Positions 35,504-40,169 of a DNA stretch of 40,169 nt are shown in pieces (the stretch's first letter is position 1; every line of letters starts with the position of its first letter). The DNA is taken from assembly GCA_013151235.1 (NCBI GenBank), contig JAADIO010000034.1, positions 1 to 40,169 of the forward strand. The letters are read 5' to 3'. This DNA is from Deltaproteobacteria bacterium (GTDB lineage: Bacteria > CG2-30-53-67). The notes beneath the pieces were generated by a model. The model was not told the DNA's origin. It ran no database searches and saw only the letters and a program-made list of their open reading frames with translations. A program made the translations under genes and the position numbers.

Positions 35504-36292
35504 GTGCGATTCTGCGTTCTAGCCAGCGGAAGTACAGGCAATGCCGTCTATTTTGAATCGGGAAAGACGAAACTTCTCGTCGACTGCGGTCTCAGCGGCA
35601 GGGAGGTGACAAAACGGATGACTTTGCGGGGGGTGGATCCCGCCCGGCTTGACGGAATCCTCGTCACCCATGAACATCACGATCATATCCACGGTGTGGG
35701 TGTTCTCTCCCGGAGATACGATCTGCCCGTCTATATCCATCCGAAGACCCTTGCCGCATCGAGGGGGCGGATGGGGTGGCTGCCCCATCCGATCTCTTTT
35801 GAAACGGGAAGTGCCTTCCGGACCGGTACATTTTCCGTGACGCCCTTCCCCATCCCGCATGACGCGGCGTGTCCCGTGGGATTTACCTTTTCCGCCCGGG
35901 GGAAGAAAGTAGGGTTGGCCACGGACATGGGGTTTGTTCCGGACCCGGTGGCCGCCCGGCTGAAAAACGTTCAGGCTCTGATCCTTGAATCGAACCACGA
36001 TCTGAAGATGTTGCAGGAAGGTCCGTATGACCGGTCCCTGAAAGAGCGGGTCATGAGCCGTCTGGGACACCTGTCGAATGTTGAGGCCGGAGAACTTCTG
36101 GGGCAACTCCTTCACCGGGGCCTGGAAAATGTAATCCTGGCTCATATCAGCAAGGTCAACAACGATCCAAAACTCGCCTACCGGACGGCCGAAACAGTGA
36201 TCCGGCAGTCCGGCGCGTCGACGATCCTGGGAGCCGTTCCCCAGGGTGAGGTGGGGGACTGGGTTGAAGTCCAACATGCCTTCCGCAAATAG
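35504..36292 (+). CDS. MBL-fold metallo-hydrolase (YycJ/WalJ-like)
   Basis: LASGSTGN, VDCG, THEHHDH, HDA, ATD.G, ESNHD, GHLSN, LAHIS..NN. Confidence 0.9.
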   Translation: MRFCVLASGSTGNAVYFESGKTKLLVDCGLSGREVTKRMTLRGVDPARLDGILVTHEHHDHIHGVGVLSRRYDLPVYIHPKTLAASRGRMGWLPHPISFETGSAFRTGTFSVTPFPIPHDAACPVGFTFSARGKKVGLATDMGFVPDPVAARLKNVQALILESNHDLKMLQEGPYDRSLKERVMSRLGHLSNVEAGELLGQLLHRGLENVILAHISKVNNDPKLAYRTAETVIRQSGASTILGAVPQGEVGDWVEVQHAFRK

Positions 36293-36341
36293 AGGGAAAT
36301 GCCCCTCCTTTTGATCAACGCAGCGGATGGACTTTCTGTGA

Positions 36342-38366
<2,025 letters not shown>

Positions 38367-38376
38367 ACCGCAAACG

Positions 38377-39630
38377 ATGTTGATGCTTCTTTTTTTTCTT
38401 TATCTGCTCATTATCGGGATCGGCTACGGCCTCAAGTGGTTGAACCTGAAGCATCTCGAGGCCCACGGCGCCGAGGTTCCGCCGGAGTTTGAAGGCCGGA
38501 TTGATGAAGAGCTGCTTCGAAAGACCCGGGATTACACCGTGGAAAACAGCCGATTTGGATTCATCGAGTCGTCCATCAGCCATCTTGTAACTCTCCTCTT
38601 TCTTTTCGGCGGATTCCTTTCCCTCTATAACCGGTTGATCCTCCGGTTGAGCGACTCCTTCATTCTGTCCGGGATTTTTTTCTTCCTCCTGCTGACCTAT
38701 GCCTCGACCCTCCTTTCCCTTCCCTTTGATCTTTATTCCACTTTCCGGATTGAGAAGAAGTACGGTTTTAATACACAGACCCTGAAACTCTGGGTTGCCG
38801 ACCAGTTGAAATCCCTGTTTCTTTCCACGATTCTTCTGGGCATCATTGTCGGCGTGGGGCTCCGTCTGGTATCGGCGAGCCCGGAGCAATGGTGGCTCTG
38901 GGTCTGGGGATCTTTTTTCCTCTTCGGGATCGTCATGATGTATCTTTCCCCCTATGTGATCGAGCCGCTCTTCAACAAGTATACTCCCCTTGACGATCCC
39001 GGTCTGGAAGAGAAAATCCGGGTGCTCATGGAACGGGTCGGGATACGGGTCAGCCGTATCTTCAAGATGGATGCCTCGAAGCGGAGCAGACATACCAACG
39101 CTTACTTCACCGGGATCGGGCGGGTCAAGCGGATTGTCCTCTTTGATACACTTCTGGAGAAGTTAACGGAACCGGAGATTATCGCCGTCCTGGCCCATGA
39201 GGCCGGTCACTGGAAGAAAAAGCACCTTTTAAAAGGGATTGTTCTCTCTCAGACACTGACCTTTGCCGGTGCCTATTTTGCATGGCGGTTTACCCGGACC
39301 GACCTGCTCACGAATCTCTTCGGGATTGAACCGACCTCCTTCTTCGCGAAGCTTGTGATTCTCGGGTTTTTCTACAGTATCGTCTCTTTCCCGCTCACCC
39401 CCTTGATGAGTATGCTGACCCGGCATTATGAGCGGGAGGCCGACGACTTTGCCTGTGAGACCAGCGGAGACCGGGAGAGCCTTGCCTCCTCTCTAATCAA
39501 GCTTGCCCGGGACAATCTTTCGAACCTTCATCCCCATCCATGGTATGCCGCCTTCTACTATTCCCATCCTCCCGTGGTGGAGCGGGTGCGAAAGATCCGG
39601 AAGACAAGCTCAAAGACGAAACGCAATTAA
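38377..39630 (+). CDS. M48 family (Ste24/CAAX-type) membrane metallopeptidase
   Basis: Multiple TMs, PLFNK, NAYFTG, LAHEAGH (HExxH), E.EAD, YSHPP..ER. Confidence 0.93.
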   Translation: MLMLLFFLYLLIIGIGYGLKWLNLKHLEAHGAEVPPEFEGRIDEELLRKTRDYTVENSRFGFIESSISHLVTLLFLFGGFLSLYNRLILRLSDSFILSGIFFFLLLTYASTLLSLPFDLYSTFRIEKKYGFNTQTLKLWVADQLKSLFLSTILLGIIVGVGLRLVSASPEQWWLWVWGSFFLFGIVMMYLSPYVIEPLFNKYTPLDDPGLEEKIRVLMERVGIRVSRIFKMDASKRSRHTNAYFTGIGRVKRIVLFDTLLEKLTEPEIIAVLAHEAGHWKKKHLLKGIVLSQTLTFAGAYFAWRFTRTDLLTNLFGIEPTSFFAKLVILGFFYSIVSFPLTPLMSMLTRHYEREADDFACETSGDRESLASSLIKLARDNLSNLHPHPWYAAFYYSHPPVVERVRKIRKTSSKTKRN

Positions 39631-39674
39631 CCACGGAATGCTCGGGGGAAAATGTGGAAAAATGGTTGCCATCA

Positions 39675-40010
39675 TCATCGGGGAAGTTGATCCGCCTTGG
39701 CCGCAAGGATGAAATCACTCTCCGTGAGTCCGTCGATCTTGTGTGTCCGGATCACGAGTTTCACCCGGCCCCAGGCAAGATGGATCTCGGGATGATGTCC
39801 CTGGGACTCGGCCAGTTCCCCTACCCGATTGGTAAAGGCCAGTGCCTCCCGGAAGTTCCCGAACTTGTATTCCTTCGTCAGTTTTTTCCCCTCAGCGACT
39901 TCCCAGCTATTTCCGAGATTTTCCAGCAGATCCGCCAATTCTTTTTCTGCCAGAGGGGGTACGTCTCCCTTGCAGGGGATACATTCCTTCGATGCGAGAT
40001 TACATTGCAT
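39675..40010 (-). CDS. phhB: Pterin-4-alpha-carbinolamine dehydratase
   Basis: C.PC.G, F..F..AL.F.N.VG..AE..GHHPEI, THKIDGLTESDFILAAK; AAAGGAG SD. Confidence 0.92.
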   Translation of the reverse strand: MQCNLASKECIPCKGDVPPLAEKELADLLENLGNSWEVAEGKKLTKEYKFGNFREALAFTNRVGELAESQGHHPEIHLAWGRVKLVIRTHKIDGLTESDFILAAKADQLPR

Positions 40011-40038
40011 GAGTTTTCTCCTTTCATGAATTGTTCCG

Positions 40039-40067
40039 AAAGTACCAGACCTGTCCTTGGGTGTCAA
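40039..40067 (-). promoter_or_regulatory. Putative sigma70 promoter for phhB, TTGACA-N17-TACTTT
   Basis: Reverse complement of 40062-40067 and 40039-40044. Confidence 0.55.
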
Positions 40068-40169
40068 TTTGCGAAAGACCCAAATCCAGCGATAGAAAAG
40101 TTCGGAGCGTTTGTCGAAAAAGCTCGTTTTAAACAGTAACCGTTGACGGGGGTCGGCACAAATCCGGAC

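Overview
Mostly housekeeping chromosomal DNA from a moderately GC-rich bacterium. The gene order (valS-nadC-birA-coaX; pgpA-cinA-thpR-recA-pilT-alaS; yqgF-mltG) resembles Desulfobacterota/deltaproteobacteria-like or Nitrospirota-like lineages (inference). About 35 CDSs, mostly on the + strand; no rRNA, intact tRNA, CRISPR array or transposase is visible. The most informative signals are non-coding. (1) A lone 3' half of tRNA-Leu(GAG) at 479-533 looks like the att scar ending an integrated element to the left. (2) A 71-aa orphan gene (5279-5494, -) has a sigma70 promoter and leader covered by four co-oriented DnaA-box-like 9-mers, three at exact 11-bp phasing; this is the best candidate for an undescribed regulatory module. 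(3) Two copies of a composite MITE have TGAT...ATCA ends, 4-bp target duplications, nested REP-like units and an IHF site; one lies in the valS leader and the other supplies a gene's stop codon. (4) A second hairpin element lies in the pilT leader. (5) Purine-rich 8-9-nt repeats recur in intergenic DNA. Coding oddities are a probable CTG start for thpR, a loop-less (probably CC-only) tRNA nucleotidyltransferase, a divergent orphan YidC, and a c-heme sensor whose only cytoplasmic domain is a Cys4 module. All calls were made by eye; no database searches were run.
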